Program-made: the position numbers and the translations under genes
DNA from: a virus
DNA: 64,000 nucleotides
Reading direction: 5' to 3' (one strand)
Virus record (IMG/VR): IMGVR_UViG_3300042691_032880
Span: 32,001 to 96,000 of that record
In this document: in pieces, positions 46,501 through 56,643 of the stretch
How the letters are laid out: every line of letters starts with the position of its first letter
Position numbering within the stretch: the first letter of the stretch is position 1
The notes under the pieces: model-generated
The model's database searches: none
What the model was told of the DNA's origin: nothing
The model's input: the letters and a program-made list of their open reading frames with translations, nothing else

Positions 46501-47067
46501 TCCAGTAAGAGTATCCACATTCCATGATGCTTGTGCAGTAAACGTATCAACTGTAGCCTTACGCAAGGTTATACCAAACGCAGTACCCTCATAACCTATG
46601 AAGAATCCATTGTTTGCATCATAGACACCTATGCGTTGATATGAATTGGCAAGACCTCCTGAGGGCCATATCGCTGTGAAAGCCGCATATGTTTCAGAGT
46701 TTGGTCTATACGTAGTACTGAGGTTTGTAACAGCTTTTACCCCACCATTGGTGTTGGCGTTGGATGTGAATACAGCCTGACCGTTCAGATTGGATGCATC
46801 ACCCCCACTTGTCTTGGTAACCGTGATATCAGATATGGAATCAGGATCTGTTGAATCATAGTTGATCTCAAACTGGTTGTACCTATTTGCAATAACAAGC
46901 TGTCCAAAGACATCCTGCTGCAGATCCACTGACGCTGTTACAGAACCCGCTACTATGTTGACTGGTTGGGTGACAGCTGAGCCATCTACCTTGAGTGCAT
47001 TAGCTGCGGTTACATCAGCTTCTGTACCTCCAGTATCCCTGATTATGACTGATTCGATGTATGCCAT
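43534..47067 (-). CDS. Repeat-containing tail fibre/spike protein
   Basis: 1177 aa. N-terminal lectin/jelly-roll-like domain, then seven EDxxHxxGDxG...RND...GDYS repeats with beta-spiral spacers. Confidence 0.75.
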   Translation of the reverse strand: MAYIESVIIRDTGGTEADVTAANALKVDGSAVTQPVNIVAGSVTASVDLQQDVFGQLVIANRYNQFEINYDSTDPDSISDITVTKTSGGDASNLNGQAVFTSNANTNGGVKAVTNLSTTYRPNSETYAAFTAIWPSGGLANSYQRIGVYDANNGFFIGYEGTAFGITLRKATVDTFTAQASWNVDTLTGAVGSKYTRNGVPEAIDFTKDNLFRVRYGWLGAAPIYWEVLSPDGEWVLFDIYRHPNTTGGTTINNPDLPMTLDIQKTAAGATVLTMNTACWAAGTTSPYTKISSTINDNTLANMTRSVITGRSSTGGGTYYNVKVNPSGSLVTTADFAFPEDSAHASGDTGAFVMAVRNDANTAMTSTNGDYSPIAVNANGAVAINDGGNSVTVDAPVGTPVNVQIGDGTDTADVLPLVGSDALAVAIVDGTGTQITSFGGGVQYQEDTPHTTGDTGTLSLAIRNDDAGTALTGTNGDYSGIAVDSRGQVFVNTASGNALNVNVNSLPNEGQQTMANSISVAIASDQSAVPISGTVTASVSGTVTANVDFSYKEDQAHTSGDNGAFILGVRNDGAATGFTSTNGDYSPIATDRAGRIFDYASQETGTPYLRGVSTIGGVDGNTGNAEVDSIYVLANGNALAVGLADKNGDLIGAEKLIETHRKEDDPHTTGDYGNFVLAVRNDANAVVTSTDGDYSQISVNDKGAIAIQDGGNSITVDGTVGVSGTVTVSGTVAATVTGTVAATQSGTWVLGANSGVDIGDVDVTSVIPGTGATNLGKAEDSVHTSGDVGVMTLGVRNDNAGNILSGSNGDYTPIATDQFGKQFSVSERVHNTLHTASDIGTFVLAIRNDNALLQAATSNNTYASVSVDEYGKLYGAENKQEDNAHTSGDTGSFILGVRNDSNSSMTSANGDYSPIAVNANGAVAINDGGNSITVDGTVGVSGTVTVSGTVAATQSGTWVLGANSGVDIGDVTVNNAGGASAVNIQDGGNSITVDGTVAATQSGTWNVVAAGDVAHDSPDSGNPVKIGYQAETALPTAVTNGDRVNGTADQFGRQLVTHISPGMQTWKSGNYTTTQTGVALWTPTAGKTVAVTYLAVSSYATTAGRVIVWFGAAADTTYTAGTDQLVWAGSFAPTANSKPGAILTFNTPIFSANADYVLRVTTDAGISLDVSVYGYEF
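44050..46060 (-). repeat. Coding repeats of the 1177-aa fibre
   Basis: Seven units of about 43 aa (e.g. EDSAHASGDTGAFVMAVRND, EDNAHTSGDTGSFILGVRND), DGGNS(I/V)TVD four times and GTVAATQSGTW three times. Confidence 0.9.
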
Positions 47068-47873
47068 TACATGATGTATAAGTTAGCATTGTCGCTGTAT
47101 ACGTCAACGCTGGTGTTTTGGAATCTGATTGTCTGTGTTGCCAGTCCATCTATGGTCTCTGCACCATTGGGGGTAAGGATCACAGTATTGGCTGAAGCAT
47201 CCACTTTCTTTACTGTATATACCGCATTGTTACCAACAGCAGTAGGAAAGTTGATTGTGATGTTCCCTGCTGTCGCATCCACAAGATACATATACCATCC
47301 TGTAATTGGAACTACTGCATAAGGAGTTGTATTGACTGCGACTGGGGTATAAGAGAATCCTCCGCCTCCACCAGCTGCAGCAATTGTTACATCTGTCCTA
47401 TCGTTGATAGTATCATTTGATGTTGTAATAGTAATATTAGCACCTTCTATCAGGTTGACTACTCCCATAGGATCTAGAGGAATACCACCATTTTTTGATA
47501 TGGCTACTCCTGTATATGCTAGATATCCGTTTATTACATTGAATAACTCCTCTAATGAAGTGCACGCAGGGATTTGTACATTTCGATAATCGAAAATAAA
47601 CTCATCCCCTGTTCCATTCGGGGGTACAAGTGCAACTGTAGTATACTGTGAAGGATCTATATTCTGAACCCCGTTTACTTGGAAATCATAAGGCTGCAAA
47701 GCTTGCTTTAAAACAAACTTTGTATTCTTTTTCTCTAAAAGATAATCTCCTAAAGGACCTGCAGAATCATAAATAACAATTCGAATATGGGTCCTAGAAT
47801 GGTTATAAATTTCAATTAACCCATTTAATATCCTAGGAGTCGATATGAAATTTAAAGATACTTCCGAAGACAT
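47067..47873 (-). CDS. Tail fibre-associated protein
   Basis: 268 aa. C-terminal YLVDATAGNITINFP..VKKVD..NTV..ETIDG domain common in phage fibre/baseplate proteins. Confidence 0.65.
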   Translation of the reverse strand: MSSEVSLNFISTPRILNGLIEIYNHSRTHIRIVIYDSAGPLGDYLLEKKNTKFVLKQALQPYDFQVNGVQNIDPSQYTTVALVPPNGTGDEFIFDYRNVQIPACTSLEELFNVINGYLAYTGVAISKNGGIPLDPMGVVNLIEGANITITTSNDTINDRTDVTIAAAGGGGGFSYTPVAVNTTPYAVVPITGWYMYLVDATAGNITINFPTAVGNNAVYTVKKVDASANTVILTPNGAETIDGLATQTIRFQNTSVDVYSDNANLYIM

Positions 47874-47882
47874 GATCTAAGT

Positions 47883-50060
47883 TTAGATAACTACCCCTTT
47901 AAGTGTACAAGTCGAAGTTGTAAAACTTACTCTTACATTGAATGGCACGCCAGGATCATTATAATTCCGTCCTAAATTCCATTGTCCAGGAACGTCATAC
48001 AAATCTCCAGATTGGTCTTCATATAGCGCCCATGTCGTACCACCATCTGTAGATATTTCAAGAGCTGCTTTTAGTACTGCGGGTGCAGGAACAGCTGCAG
48101 GAAAAGTAGCTGTAACCGTAAATGCACCTGCAACTGGACCAACCAGTATAGTATTGCACAATGAATTCCAGGTCAATGCCGATGCATCCCAGAAATAAGG
48201 ACCATCTGCTCCAACATATAATTCAACAATACCTTCATCACAAGGTTCTGCAAAGTCCACATCAAGACCTACCCAAAGTACATTATCACCAGGACAAGAT
48301 GCAAAACTGTGGTATACCACCTGATTGGTGTCAGGATCGACCACTGGTCTACAAGGATTGAGTGAGGTAAGTGTTACATTGGCAAACTCAGTGGTTCCAT
48401 CTGTAGGGGCAAATGCACGAACTACATTGTCAACGGTATACATCAACTTGTTGAACATAGGGATGTATATGATGTTGACAGGAGCACCTACCCAAGGATA
48501 TGTTGTAAATACCGAATCAGTATATGGACCAGAAGTAAGATACTCTAAAAGATAGAAATTAGTATTGCCTACATCTTGATATGTGGCAAACATCCTATCT
48601 GATCCTGGTGTACCATCTCCTGGATAATAAGCAATTGAAAACTGACTACCATTGGCACTACCTACCTTAGGAATATATCCAAAGCTGTTGGCAATCGTAG
48701 CTACCAAAAGATGCGTGGTTCCATTGTATACCCGAATATCATCAGGTGCTTGATTGATAACCCACATTTCATCATTGGCTGTATTAAAGGCGGCAGACGA
48801 AAACGAGTATCCTAGGAGACCTACCTGCGTATCAGTATTCAAGTCCACTATGTAGGAATCCCCTAGGTTATTGGGTATATACGCAATATTGGTAACAGGA
48901 TGTATGAATATGTCCCTGACAAATGTGGTAAACGCACCAATAGGTCCTAAGTCCCCGCATATGTTATAGGTGATGGTATAAGTCAATGGATCCAACCTAT
49001 GCACCCTTCTCCATGTGGATACTCCTGGATTACTGAGATTACTTGTAAAATATATGTAACCATCTACTGGAGAATACGCTATTCCTGTAGGTTCTATGGT
49101 TATGTTTAATGCAGGATTTGCATTATAAGGAAGGGTGATTGTTGTTAAAACAGCGTATGTGGTATTGTCAAATACGGTGATTGTAGAAGCAAGTCCTGGA
49201 GGATTATCGTAAACAAATGTTTTTGCAGAAGCTACAATCATACCCCTGTCTATGATTGATCCTCCTGGAACACTTGATGGGGAACATGCCGCGGCTTCCT
49301 GTTCAAATATGCTTCCAATCACACCGCCAGTGATCCTTACCAATAGATTGCTTGTGTCATCCACATACCATCCATCTGCTCCAGGATTGCTTACAAAGTC
49401 AACTACGTCAACCAAATCACAGGTTTCGCAAAGAACTCCTTCTAACAGTGTAGAACAAGGACTACTGGAATTTATGGTTACTTGTACGGGTGTAGGTGTA
49501 CCCGATGGTCCATAAAAATTATACTCAATGACTGTATAGTGGTTAATTTCATATGTGATTCCAGGCAGTATTGCAGGCGATACTATACTATGAGTATACA
49601 TTGGATACGTACCAGGATTTGCTCCCCAATATGTTGTAATAGTAGCAATAGGTATTGTTATAGAGGAATAAGGACTTGTTGATCCCTGCTCCCTATACTC
49701 AATCCTATATTCCTTTACAGAATCACCACTTGTCTGCGGAACATAACACTCCCATTCAACATCTATATTACTTCCATCAAATGCAGCAGTAAAAGGACTA
49801 CATACGAAGTTGCACAAATACCTGATACCTCCAAATTCAAATGTAGCGTCTTCACATACTGTTTCCAGTATGACAGTGTACATCCGATGTGTCTCCAGAG
49901 GTGGCATAGTGTAAGTATGCGTCACCCCTGGAGCAAGATTCGGAAGTGTTGCCAGCACTGTATAAGTGGTTGCATTGTTGGCTTTGTATTTTATCCGTAT
50001 GGTTTCCGATGAGATTCCACCGATTACAAAGCTTATGGTATATGTTGTTGTTGCTGACAT
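47883..50060 (-). CDS. Putative receptor-binding protein with FN3-like domains and beta-propeller
   Basis: 725 aa. FN3-like N-terminal domains, then repeated propeller-blade patterns (PTGIAYSP, DIFIHP, AAFNTANDEMWV). Confidence 0.6.
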   Translation of the reverse strand: MSATTTYTISFVIGGISSETIRIKYKANNATTYTVLATLPNLAPGVTHTYTMPPLETHRMYTVILETVCEDATFEFGGIRYLCNFVCSPFTAAFDGSNIDVEWECYVPQTSGDSVKEYRIEYREQGSTSPYSSITIPIATITTYWGANPGTYPMYTHSIVSPAILPGITYEINHYTVIEYNFYGPSGTPTPVQVTINSSSPCSTLLEGVLCETCDLVDVVDFVSNPGADGWYVDDTSNLLVRITGGVIGSIFEQEAAACSPSSVPGGSIIDRGMIVASAKTFVYDNPPGLASTITVFDNTTYAVLTTITLPYNANPALNITIEPTGIAYSPVDGYIYFTSNLSNPGVSTWRRVHRLDPLTYTITYNICGDLGPIGAFTTFVRDIFIHPVTNIAYIPNNLGDSYIVDLNTDTQVGLLGYSFSSAAFNTANDEMWVINQAPDDIRVYNGTTHLLVATIANSFGYIPKVGSANGSQFSIAYYPGDGTPGSDRMFATYQDVGNTNFYLLEYLTSGPYTDSVFTTYPWVGAPVNIIYIPMFNKLMYTVDNVVRAFAPTDGTTEFANVTLTSLNPCRPVVDPDTNQVVYHSFASCPGDNVLWVGLDVDFAEPCDEGIVELYVGADGPYFWDASALTWNSLCNTILVGPVAGAFTVTATFPAAVPAPAVLKAALEISTDGGTTWALYEDQSGDLYDVPGQWNLGRNYNDPGVPFNVRVSFTTSTCTLKGVVI

Positions 50061-50066
50061 CGTATG

Positions 50067-51176
50067 TTATGCTACTGATACACCTGTAATTGTTGGAGGA
50101 TCGCAAACTACTACACCTGTAATTTCAAAGGTTTCAGAAATTTCCACACCAATACATGGAGGCAATTGAGTACATACAGGCTCTACATATACTGTATAAG
50201 TGTCATTTACTACTCCACCTGTACATCCATAGCTAAATGGGGTGGCATTTCCAGGCGTAGCGATTGGTATGAATGTAGGACCATAGATTGTCAATGGAGA
50301 TGTTGTTCCTTGTGTAATTGTCACATTGTAACCTTGTGGTGCAGGTTGTCCAGGAGCAATTGTGTATACAATATCAAAATCAATACAATCATTTACACCA
50401 GGTTCAAAAACAAGATTGATCAAAACTTCATCACAATCACAAGAAGGAGATGTGTTTGTACGGAAAAACCATGATCCGTTTGGACATGATTCGCCTTCAT
50501 CGGTATAAGCATTGATGAACAGTTGATACCTTGAGTCAGAAATCAAAGGACCAAACCCTGGTAAGGTATTGGTATTGATTGTAACATTTTGGTTACCAAC
50601 AGGAGCTACGTACCCAGTATATGTAGTAGTCGTTGGAGGCAAAACACTTGTATTTACAAACGTGAAATCATATGTAACACCCGCTTCAGCATAAAATGTA
50701 AAAGATACATTAGTCAAGCCTATCGGATTAAATACTACCTGATCCACTGTAAGATTAGGATCACATGGTACATCGCAAACGCAACTGCATACGAGATTAC
50801 AGAAAATCTGACTTACAGGATGATTTGGATTTGCCTGGATTACCTGCAACATTCCTGCGATAAAATCTGGATTGAATGCGCAATTCTGCGGACTCATCAT
50901 ATTTGTAAGAATCGTATGCAGCGACTGTCCTTGTGTTATGGTAAGTCCAAGAGGCACTGCTGGATTCTGCGGAACAGGTTGACCGTTGTCTAAAACAAGT
51001 GAGCCATCAACACCATACTCGTAGAACTGAGAAGTACACTCTTCATTCAGTAGATTATTAGTGACACATTCCGTAGGAACCAACTCCTCGCAAGCTGGTA
51101 CAGGACATGTAGGTGGCGGAGCGACAGGAGTAGTCGCCGTTATGTTGCAAGGTTCGCAATTGGTGTTGTTTGCCAT
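50067..51176 (-). CDS. Cys-rich tail fibre/appendage protein
   Basis: 369 aa. CPVPACEELVPTECV N-terminus, FCNLVCSCVC and FN3-like C-terminal domains. Confidence 0.6.
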   Translation of the reverse strand: MANNTNCEPCNITATTPVAPPPTCPVPACEELVPTECVTNNLLNEECTSQFYEYGVDGSLVLDNGQPVPQNPAVPLGLTITQGQSLHTILTNMMSPQNCAFNPDFIAGMLQVIQANPNHPVSQIFCNLVCSCVCDVPCDPNLTVDQVVFNPIGLTNVSFTFYAEAGVTYDFTFVNTSVLPPTTTTYTGYVAPVGNQNVTINTNTLPGFGPLISDSRYQLFINAYTDEGESCPNGSWFFRTNTSPSCDCDEVLINLVFEPGVNDCIDFDIVYTIAPGQPAPQGYNVTITQGTTSPLTIYGPTFIPIATPGNATPFSYGCTGGVVNDTYTVYVEPVCTQLPPCIGVEISETFEITGVVVCDPPTITGVSVA

Positions 51177-51201
51177 GGTAGTTATTATTCGTAAATATTA
51201 A

Positions 51202-54200
51202 TTAGAAATCTATGATAATTGTTGAGTTTGGAATTGTACATACATAGTCTTCGGTAACCAATGCATTTTTACCTATGTACTTTGTATTTGTAGCAAGCCA
51301 TGGTGCAGTTAAAAAGTTTGTACCTGAACTACCCACACTTGTTATATTGGTTATGGTATTGGGTACGTTACAGGAATAAGTTGAAGCCAATGCTGGAGTA
51401 TAACCTAGTATTTGACCAGCAGCTCTTGCATTTATTGCTCCACCTGCAACTTTTTTAATTGTCAAATACTGGAATACAGCTGCACCATAATCAGCATCAC
51501 ATGTAGTACCAGGATTGACAATGTAATCAGCACTTGTAGCACCTACTATAAGAGCAGCAGCTGGCAATATAAAAGTGTAACTCATAATGTAGGTACCTCC
51601 AACATTCAAATATTGATTTGCTGAATTATCCCATGGTTTTACAGCACAATGCCATGTAAATTCATAATCTGAAGTATTTATATTTCCAGACGTACTGTTG
51701 TTAATACGAATTTTAAGGTCTCCCAAAGTCATTTGATGAAACTTCGGACTTAAGTCGACTTTGTAATTGTTAGGATTATACCTGATTATGAAAGGATATG
51801 TACTGTATGGATATGTTGTTCCGATAGGAGTTATTCCAGGATTTGGATTTGTAGTCTGGGTATTAAATGGACTACCCACAGGAACATTTGTACTGAAAGT
51901 CAAACTTGGATCAACCAATGTATCCGTAAAGTATGGATTTCCAAGAGAATCCAATATAGGACTAACTGCTTGAGTAGAAGGATTCTTGTAAAGATATTCC
52001 ACACTATATCCCCTATACTCACCTAATGTGTATTCTCTTCCTGTAAGACTTTGACCACCAACAGGGTAACTTCCATATGGATCAATTGCTATACCGCAAT
52101 AACAGAACTTCTTAGGTACTACTGGAGAACTCTGGGTATTTGCCCATACCGCTTGGACAGGAGCAAATTCAAACTGAGTAAGATTTGCACCTACTGGAAG
52201 ATCCACTGCAAAGGTGGCAGGACCTCCAGGACCAGTTGTAGTTGATGGTCTATTCGGTGCGAGAGCATTTGATATTATATTGTAAACTGAAATAGACCAT
52301 GTAGCTGCAAATACCGCAGAAGCTGGACTAGTTGTAGTTCCTTGTTGTAAACTTACAGTTACAAGAATTGGAGAATCGTAATTCAAAATAGTGTAATCGG
52401 ATTGACCGCAAGGATAATTAGCATATAGCACCACCGCATATTCCTTATTATTTTCCAAATAGAACTCAGGAACCTGATAACCCTGGTTTATAATGTCAGT
52501 TATGCTGACATTTAAGTTCTGGGTAGCTACCGTCCAAGTATTAGGATCGTTTGGGTTGAACGTAGAATTCACCTCCACTACTTTTGCAGTAAAGTTTTGC
52601 AAAGCATCAACGCAAGCATTACCAGTACTACCGCCTGTTGTTAAAGGTGTTATATCCACATATTGATTCTCAATGACATAAGAAACAACTGCAGGAAGAG
52701 GTGCAGGAACGGTACTCCATGCTGCATTTACCGTAACCACGTCATTTGGACCAACTGCTACTATATTGGTTATGTACCTACATTGAGTCTGACCACCTCC
52801 AGAAACGGTAATAATATAATCCTGTAATGCTGGCCAACCACCTACACTTGTAAATGGATTACCTGCCATTGTAAGCGTACTTGCACCTACTGCCGTAGTA
52901 TTTCCTGTTGAAATAACACCTACGGGTACACTTGCTGGAAAAGATACACCTGTAATTACAGCATCAAGTCCTGTACCGCTATCACCAGTTGTTGTCACAA
53001 TTGCATCACAACTATATGGAGTTGGTGCACAACATTCGTAAACAAAACCATCTGTTTGGTTGAATTCACAATCGGTGTATGCAAGATTATAGAATACCCT
53101 ATACGTAAATAAGATATTTATTGTCTGGTTAGGAGAAGTCTTATCATAACCTGCAAATATCGGATTGGTAAAATCTATTCGATATCCATTGCTTGTTGCA
53201 TTTGATATAAGTGCCCAGTAATTGATAGGTTGACCCGTATCAATGGTTACAGTAACCGTTCCGTCATTCAATACCAATAATACATTGCTTTGGTTTAAAG
53301 CTCCTCCTGGAAATACAGTAGTAACCCAAGCTGGAAATACACCTCCTGGAATTGATACAAATGGCGATGTAGGATCAGGTGGTACATTCGGATCAGAATA
53401 AACAACTGGACTTGATGGATTATTAAAAGTCAAATCGACATAATCACCAAGAGGATCCCAAACCAGATCATAACCTACTTTCATATAGTTACATAAGGAG
53501 AAACAACATCCATTAAGAATGTCGGAAACAGCTTCCCTCATATCACATATAGTCAACCATGCATTATTAAGACTATCTGCAAGAGTAATCGGACTACCTA
53601 TCCATCCAGATATGCCAGACATAACTCCACCTGATGAAAGACGTTCTTGATTGTCAAGATCAGGACACTGTTTTGCAACAGCGTTTTCTATATCATCAGG
53701 AGTCCCTATTGCATTCTTGAGCTTACAATAGTCTTTTTCCAACCAACTATACGCCAACTGGACACTAACAGGCTCACCTTCATTCAGAGTATAATCATAA
53801 GTACAGGTAGGCAATACCAGCGAATTACAATTATTGGCACAGTTATCCAATGCAAACCACAGATCTTCAATTTGTTGATTTATATTGGCAACTGAACTTT
53901 GTAAAGTCGTTATGTCAATAAGCATCGAACATACTATTGTAGCCACAAACTCTGCAAATGGAACAACAGGAATCGTATTGGTTGCAGAGTCCCATTCAGG
54001 AAGAAGAGTGACATCATAGGTTGGATTTATAGTTCCTCTAAGACAACTTGATTCGGGAACTGTAACTGTCAGAATAGGACACTCCTCACCTTCCAATTCA
54101 ACCACACGGTCATTCAATGCACATACTTTTGAGATTATCGCTGAAAAGACCTCCTGCAATGTAGGACTTGTTCCCAAACCGACATTAGGACCTCCTGGTA

Positions 54201-54420
54201 CCTGGTTTATACAGGTGTTGATTCCTTCTAGACCCAATTCATCAATGATCTGACAAAGCTTAGTAGCAATCGCATATAGCGTTACTTCAATGCTCTGACC
54301 TTTACAAAGGACTGTTCCATCAAGACATGTGAGTTCTGGACCATCCCAGGTCACACACTTTGTGGTAACAGGATTCAGACATTTGTTATTGGGTTTTATG
54401 TTTGAGCTTACTGGTTTCAT
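51202..54420 (-). CDS. Cys-rich tail fibre protein
   Basis: 1072 aa. CVTWDGPELTC N-terminal module, coiled-coil shaft segments, beta-rich C-terminus. Paralogous to the adjacent gene. Confidence 0.7.
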   Translation of the reverse strand: MKPVSSNIKPNNKCLNPVTTKCVTWDGPELTCLDGTVLCKGQSIEVTLYAIATKLCQIIDELGLEGINTCINQVPGGPNVGLGTSPTLQEVFSAIISKVCALNDRVVELEGEECPILTVTVPESSCLRGTINPTYDVTLLPEWDSATNTIPVVPFAEFVATIVCSMLIDITTLQSSVANINQQIEDLWFALDNCANNCNSLVLPTCTYDYTLNEGEPVSVQLAYSWLEKDYCKLKNAIGTPDDIENAVAKQCPDLDNQERLSSGGVMSGISGWIGSPITLADSLNNAWLTICDMREAVSDILNGCCFSLCNYMKVGYDLVWDPLGDYVDLTFNNPSSPVVYSDPNVPPDPTSPFVSIPGGVFPAWVTTVFPGGALNQSNVLLVLNDGTVTVTIDTGQPINYWALISNATSNGYRIDFTNPIFAGYDKTSPNQTINILFTYRVFYNLAYTDCEFNQTDGFVYECCAPTPYSCDAIVTTTGDSGTGLDAVITGVSFPASVPVGVISTGNTTAVGASTLTMAGNPFTSVGGWPALQDYIITVSGGGQTQCRYITNIVAVGPNDVVTVNAAWSTVPAPLPAVVSYVIENQYVDITPLTTGGSTGNACVDALQNFTAKVVEVNSTFNPNDPNTWTVATQNLNVSITDIINQGYQVPEFYLENNKEYAVVLYANYPCGQSDYTILNYDSPILVTVSLQQGTTTSPASAVFAATWSISVYNIISNALAPNRPSTTTGPGGPATFAVDLPVGANLTQFEFAPVQAVWANTQSSPVVPKKFCYCGIAIDPYGSYPVGGQSLTGREYTLGEYRGYSVEYLYKNPSTQAVSPILDSLGNPYFTDTLVDPSLTFSTNVPVGSPFNTQTTNPNPGITPIGTTYPYSTYPFIIRYNPNNYKVDLSPKFHQMTLGDLKIRINNSTSGNINTSDYEFTWHCAVKPWDNSANQYLNVGGTYIMSYTFILPAAALIVGATSADYIVNPGTTCDADYGAAVFQYLTIKKVAGGAINARAAGQILGYTPALASTYSCNVPNTITNITSVGSSGTNFLTAPWLATNTKYIGKNALVTEDYVCTIPNSTIIIDF

Positions 54421-54421
54421 A

Positions 54422-56224
54422 TTAATATATTCCGTTTGTCAATGAGAATGTACAACAGCATTTGCCACGTTCGCAATCCCTTTCACTGGTTCCTGGTTTG
54501 TAAGACAATATCACTCCTCCATCTGATACATAAGCTACTCCAAAAAACGGACTAACAATTGTTACCTGATTGCTGGCTGGAATACCTACAACCAATGCAT
54601 TTGTAAGATTGTATCCTGCAGGTATTACTCCATAGATATCAACTCTATCATTTACTTGGAAAAAGTGATCTTTTGCAAGAGTGTAAGTTACCTGATTACC
54701 TACCGATGTAACATTGGTAACCAAATTTGTATAACTGTAGTCAAAAGAAGCAGTTACTGATTTGATTGGAGCAGTAGTGTCAAAACCAGCAGGATAGTTT
54801 AAAACATATCCTGTTCCCAAAGGAAGAGACATCAACTGCATCGGGGTAAGATTGGTATCCTCAATGAAAGTATTTGTTCCGTCACTTAAAGTAAGAGTTA
54901 CAGTAGTGATATCTGGATAATTGTAGGAAAACCAAGACGGCAATGCACCACTTGCATACAATGGTTGCAATCTTGACAAATCAAATATGTTTGAAAGATT
55001 GTAAGGCAGATATGGAAACGGAGGTGTGTATGCCTGTTGAAATACCAACTCTACAGAAGTAGATGAAGGATTTACATAAAAACCTACATCGAATGAAAAA
55101 CATGGTGAGTTAAAACAACAATTGCGAAGTATGTTCCTTATTGCAGAACGCATATCACATAATACCAACCAGAGATTGTTCAGACTCTGTCCTACATTTA
55201 TAGGGTTTTCAATCCAACCGTATATATCTTTCATCAATCCAGTATTGGAAAGAGAAGGAAGATTGCTGAGATTGGGACAATCTCTTGCTATCGCATTCTG
55301 TAACTCCTGAGGAGTGCCTGTAAAGTTTTTGAATGAACAGAATGCTTTTTCTAGTTTTTCATAAGCTTCTTCAATCGGTATGGAGTTTGCTTCTACAGCA
55401 AACGCTCCAAATGGTCCAGGATTACCAACTGGACCTGGAAATATCGCACTAAGATTGGAAATGACAAAACTGTTTGCACTGATTGAAATGATTTCCTGAA
55501 GTGTTACATTGTACAAATCAGGAGTCATCCCTGTTACATTAACCAAGTCACCTATTGCAAAATCGTGCGGGATACTTGTAAAATACTGAACAACTCCGTT
55601 AACTGGAATAATACCAGCGGTAACTTGAAACTGGGTATTTGGAGAAAGACAAAACTGTGTAACAGGTGCAACAACTTGAGCACACTGGTTATTTATAGCT
55701 ACAGTTAAATCTTCAATATTCGTCAGCAAGGGACTACCTGCTACAAATTCATCTTTTAAAGGTTCGATCTGCTGTATCTCTTCACATAGCTTCAAAGAAA
55801 GCACCTCCATATACTCATCCAATGGAAGCTTTGTAACAGTAATGGTATCTGAAGCAATCTGTAAACAGTAAGGTAGATTGGCGGAATACGCTAATTCAGC
55901 CTTGTTTTCAAGAGTATTGATCCTGATGTTCTGATCACAGACCTTGGAAATGATAAGGTTTATCAGTTCAGGTATGGTATCGGGTGGACTTGCAAGCTCA
56001 AAAATACAGGAGGAGTCTATCCCCTTTATATTGGAAGCTTCTAGAAAGTTACAGAAGTTCTTAAAAGTATTGTAGATAATAGGGGTTATACTATCCCCTT
56101 GGCAAATCTGTATACCAAGACACTCCGCTGAAATATTAGGACCATCCCATATTACACAGGATGAGTTTATTTCAGCATCACATTCTTTATGCTGGTTATT
56201 TACAGGTTTACCTAACGGTTTCAT
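54422..56224 (-). CDS. Cys-rich tail fibre protein, paralog of 51202-54420
   Basis: Probable start ATG 56224 (ATGA overlap with the upstream stop). CVIWDGPN and SLNNLWLVLCDMR motifs, plus two H.F..(G/N)D.V...G beta modules. Confidence 0.7.
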   Translation of the reverse strand: MKPLGKPVNNQHKECDAEINSSCVIWDGPNISAECLGIQICQGDSITPIIYNTFKNFCNFLEASNIKGIDSSCIFELASPPDTIPELINLIISKVCDQNIRINTLENKAELAYSANLPYCLQIASDTITVTKLPLDEYMEVLSLKLCEEIQQIEPLKDEFVAGSPLLTNIEDLTVAINNQCAQVVAPVTQFCLSPNTQFQVTAGIIPVNGVVQYFTSIPHDFAIGDLVNVTGMTPDLYNVTLQEIISISANSFVISNLSAIFPGPVGNPGPFGAFAVEANSIPIEEAYEKLEKAFCSFKNFTGTPQELQNAIARDCPNLSNLPSLSNTGLMKDIYGWIENPINVGQSLNNLWLVLCDMRSAIRNILRNCCFNSPCFSFDVGFYVNPSSTSVELVFQQAYTPPFPYLPYNLSNIFDLSRLQPLYASGALPSWFSYNYPDITTVTLTLSDGTNTFIEDTNLTPMQLMSLPLGTGYVLNYPAGFDTTAPIKSVTASFDYSYTNLVTNVTSVGNQVTYTLAKDHFFQVNDRVDIYGVIPAGYNLTNALVVGIPASNQVTIVSPFFGVAYVSDGGVILSYKPGTSERDCERGKCCCTFSLTNGIY

Positions 56225-56466
56225 AGTGTGTTTATCCGCTCCTTGACCTTGGTATAAGAACAATTACAATAGCACTGACAAGCATCCTCAGAACATGAAG
56301 TCATTTGCAGAAGGAACTTAAGATCAGCTAGATACATATAATCGTATCCTATACGGCATGTATTCATTCCGTAATGGTCATTTCGGTATCTATTGAGTGC
56401 TTCGTTACCCATCAGAATCATAATCTTATCTTCTGTGGATGTTGCCTGTGTTATTGTACAACTCAT
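56221..56466 (-). CDS. Small Cys-rich protein
   Basis: 81 aa, 7 Cys (CSEDACQCYCNC). ATGA overlaps on both sides. Confidence 0.7.
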   Translation of the reverse strand: MSCTITQATSTEDKIMILMGNEALNRYRNDHYGMNTCRIGYDYMYLADLKFLLQMTSCSEDACQCYCNCSYTKVKERINTL

Positions 56467-56618
56467 TGCTTAGGTCTTAATGCTTTTGCTTTTATTTCCG
56501 CTTCCACCCTAGGAAGACATTTGGTACAACATTTTCTTCCATCAGAAGCTGTTGTAATTCTGGCACCCGCACATCCAGTACAAGGGATACCACAGTTGGG
56601 ACATGATACTTTAGCCAT
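56463..56618 (-). CDS. Small Cys-rich (zinc-finger-like) protein, 51 aa
   Basis: Not in the ORF track. Manual translation MAKVSCPNCGIPCTGCAGARITTASDGRKCCTKCLPRVEAEIKAKALRPKQ. A-rich leader, and the stop overlaps the next ATG (ATGA). Confidence 0.8.
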   Translation of the reverse strand: MAKVSCPNCGIPCTGCAGARITTASDGRKCCTKCLPRVEAEIKAKALRPKQ

Positions 56619-56643
56619 ATTGTTGTTGGTTTTACGTTGATTA

